A stretch of 64,000 bases of DNA from Paraspadella gotoi (taxonomy: Eukaryota > Animalia > Chaetognatha). The DNA is taken from NCBI GenBank assembly GCA_051294375.1, contig CM119270.1, forward strand, positions 6,315,912 through 6,379,911. The letters are read 5' to 3'. Positions 61,034-64,000 of this stretch are shown here, one piece after another (the first letter of the stretch is position 1; every line of letters begins with the position of its first letter). Under the pieces are notes generated by a model. That model saw only the letters and a list, made by a program, of their open reading frames with translations, was not told the DNA's origin and searched no databases. The translations under genes and the position numbers were made by a program.

Positions 61034-61710
61034 ANNNNNNNNNNNNNNNNNNNNNNNNNNNNNNNNNNNNNNNNNNNNNNNNNNNNNNNNNNNNNNNNNN
61101 NNNNNNNNNNNNNNNNNNNNNNNNNNNNNNNNNNNNNNNNNNNNNNNNNNNNNNNNNNNNNNNNNNNNNNNNNNNNNNNNNNNNNNNNNNNNNNNNNNNN
61201 NNNNNNNNNNNNNNNNNNNNNNNNNNNNNNNNNNNNNNNNNNNNNNNNNNNNNNNNNNNNNNNNNNNNNNNNNNNNNNNNNNNNNNNNNNNNNNNNNNNN
61301 NNNNNNNNNNNNNNNNNNNNNNNNNNNNNNNNNNNNNNNNNNNNNNNNNNNNNNNNNNNNNNNNNNNNNNNNNNNNNNNNNNNNNNNNNNNNNNNNNNNN
61401 NNNNNNNNNNNNNNNNNNNNNNNNNNNNNNNNNNNNNNNNNNNNNNNNNNNNNNNNNNNNNNNNNNNNNNNNNNNNNNNNNNNNNNNNNNNNNNNNNNNN
61501 NNNNNNNNNNNNNNNNNNNNNNNNNNNNNNNNNNNNNNNNNNNNNNNNNNNNNNNNNNNNNNNNNNNNNNNNNNNNNNNNNNNNNNNNNNNNNNNNNNNN
61601 NNNNNNNNNNNNNNNNNNNNNNNNNNNNNNNNNNNNNNNNNNNNNNNNNNNNNNNNNNNNNNNNNNNNNNNNNNNNNNNNNNNNNNNNNNNNNNNNNNNN
61701 NNNNNNNNNN
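61034..61710. other. Assembly gap
   Basis: Run of N. Confidence 0.99.
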
Positions 61711-63215
61711 TCTAATTTAATCCGATGAGAAATAACGACTATGAAAAGGCATTAAAGCCAAAACCCTTGTGTATCCTGCAATTCTCTCTTCAATCTCTCA
61801 TACAGATTACATCTCATTTTATTCTATTGTGTTAGGTTAAACTTTTGACCTTTTTGAACCTCACTCATCTTTTGGAAGACTTATTCTTATACCTCCTTAG
61901 TATTTTTTTTTCTTTTTCTCGGTCTATGTATTCTTTCTCTCTAATTCTTTCTTTTTATCCCCCTCCTTTTCATTATNNNNNNNNNNCCTCCTTTTCCTTA
62001 TTCTCTTTCCTTTCTTCTTTCCTTTCCTTTTTTTTTGCATTGTCTTTTCCTTTCCATTTTTATTTCCTTCCTTTCCCATTACTCCTTTTTTTTTCTCCTC
62101 CTGTTCCCCTTCCTCACATCCTCTTTAAGTGTCCCCCTAGTTCCCATGGAAACGCGGCCGCCAAAACGTGACCCTTTGACGACTACATCGTCGTCGTCGA
62201 CGACGACAAAGACGACAACGACGACGACGAAATCGACGTGGACGAGGACGACGACAACGACGATTGGACGACGGACGATGACGACGACGACGACGACGAC
62301 GACGGACGACGACGACCGAGTAAGGGAATTAAAACGAAGATTTTTTTTTTTGATCGTCGGGGACGACAAAGAGGGAAGTTAAGTGTGTGTGTGGGAGAGA
62401 CGAGAGGAGAAGAAGGAGAGGAGAGAGAGAGAGAGCGAGAGATGAGAGAGGAGAGAGAAAGAGAGAGGAGAGAGAGAAGAGGAGAGAGAGGAGAGAGAGA
62501 GGGAGGCAGGAGAGAGAGAGGTTGTAAAACGACAAGGGGTTTAACATTTGATGACGAGCACATGGAATACGGGAAGCGGGGAAAAATGAGGAAAGCGGAA
62601 GTAAAGAATAAAATGGAAGAAAGATGAAATGAGAAAATACTAAAGAAATGAATCAAAGAGAAAAGAAGATATGAATCAAAGATTAAAGAAGAAAGAATCT
62701 AAGAAAAAAGAAGAAATGAATCAAAGAGGGTAAAAGAAATAAATTCATGGGGAAGAGAAATTAATCTAAGAAAAAATAAGTAATACAATATTAAAGAAAC
62801 TAGAGGAAGAAGAACTGTAAACAAAAGGAAAAAAATGAAGGAAAATTTGAAGGAAAAAAATAGGATATTCTCTAAAATAGTTGGTAAAAATTTAACTTAA
62901 AAATATCAAAAGAATATCAAGAATATCAAGAATATCAACAATTTCAAGAATTATGAAAAAATAATGAAAGCATTATGTTAAAGAGTGTACGTAGACGCCC
63001 GGACGAACAAAATGAAGACAGGAGAAGGAAATATCTATTAATGATGTGAGGAGAATCACTTCACTTCTCGTTAAAAAAAGCACGACGTTGAAGGACAACG
63101 ACAACAACAAAGACGACGATAACAACCGACGACGAAAACCCGGACATCAAGGATTCGAGTCGCGAACTGGACCCACAACGAATTTCGTCGTGGATTTCGT
63201 CGTTAAAATTCGCCT

Positions 63216-63251
<36 letters not shown>

Positions 63252-63377
63252 TAAGCATTTTTTTTTGTATGAGCGTCCATCATATTTCATATTGTCATCG
63301 TATCTTTCGATTTCGAAATGAAACTTGCCATTGGCCAGTGCAAGAAACCGTTAGATTTGGTTGTCATCGAAGTCATG

Positions 63378-63432
<55 letters not shown>

Positions 63433-64000
63433 TCGTCGTCGCCTCGTACTCCCTCCAACGAGATGGTTAACTACTTGTTGACCGTCGTTGGACGAAATAC
63501 TTTTTTTTTCTCTCTCTCCCTCTTTATTCGGGCAGAGTTTTATGGGCTGCCGCGACCCGCTCCTTTTATGGGCTACGAGTCAAGCGTGTTGCGGGGGGGC
63601 GAAGGGGGTGAGGGGAAATTAGGGTGAGTGTCGAAGGGTGGGGATTAGGTAGGGTAAGAAAGGTAAGGGAAAAAGGAGCCGTGGGTTAACTGTGGGTCTG
63701 AGGCTTGAGGGAATAGTTAAAAGGAGAAAAAAAAGGTTAAATCATAAATGAGAGAATGAATAAGTGAATGAACGAAAAATCCTAATGAACCTAACGCCAG
63801 ATAAATTTATTGTCATTACTGTAATTTAAATTGTCTCGGTCTGACTAAATAAATTGAGGTAGTAATAAATGGATTATAAAAAAAAATATATGAATAAAAT
63901 AAAACAAATAAGTAATAGGCAGGGAAAATTAAGACAGAATAAGAGACAAGAGAAAGGAAAGGTTTTGTCCGTTTAGTTTGAGGCGAATTGGGAATCGAAC

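Noticed and set aside
62160-63440. Poly-Asp/Thr/Ser/Arg ORFs (also 766-957 and 8339-8632)
   Set aside because: Derived from (GAC/GTC)n trinucleotide repeats, with no splice-supported gene model.

Overview
AT-rich draft assembly of a eukaryote, most likely an invertebrate animal. It has many N gaps, abundant (AG/CT)n and (GAC)n microsatellites, and mostly short GT-AG introns. Most ORFs in the supplied track are microsatellite or gap noise. Manual splicing supports four genes. (1) A + strand FoxJ2/3-family transcription factor with conserved FoxJ2/3 motifs at about 12.0, 14.5-14.8 and 34.3 kb. It has one 18.4 kb intron, and its forkhead exons are not visible. (2) A - strand 11-exon C2H2 zinc-finger gene (15.9-21.6 kb) nested antisense inside that intron. 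(3) A + strand permuted papain-like (PPPDE/LRAT/NlpC-P60 superfamily) gene at 38.0-42.3 kb. (4) A - strand fukutin/LicD-family gene present twice (44.4-49.0 and 51.0-55.7 kb) because of a 6.7 kb tandem duplication across a 25-N gap, which is probably an assembly artefact. Also present: an inverted duplication across another 25-N gap, a CCA-tailed tRNA-Leu 3' half flanked by direct repeats, a tRNA-derived SINE-like element, two TA-flanked MITEs, a strongly structured 200-nt intronic element and clustered TF motifs. Family calls come from remembered motifs, not from database searches.
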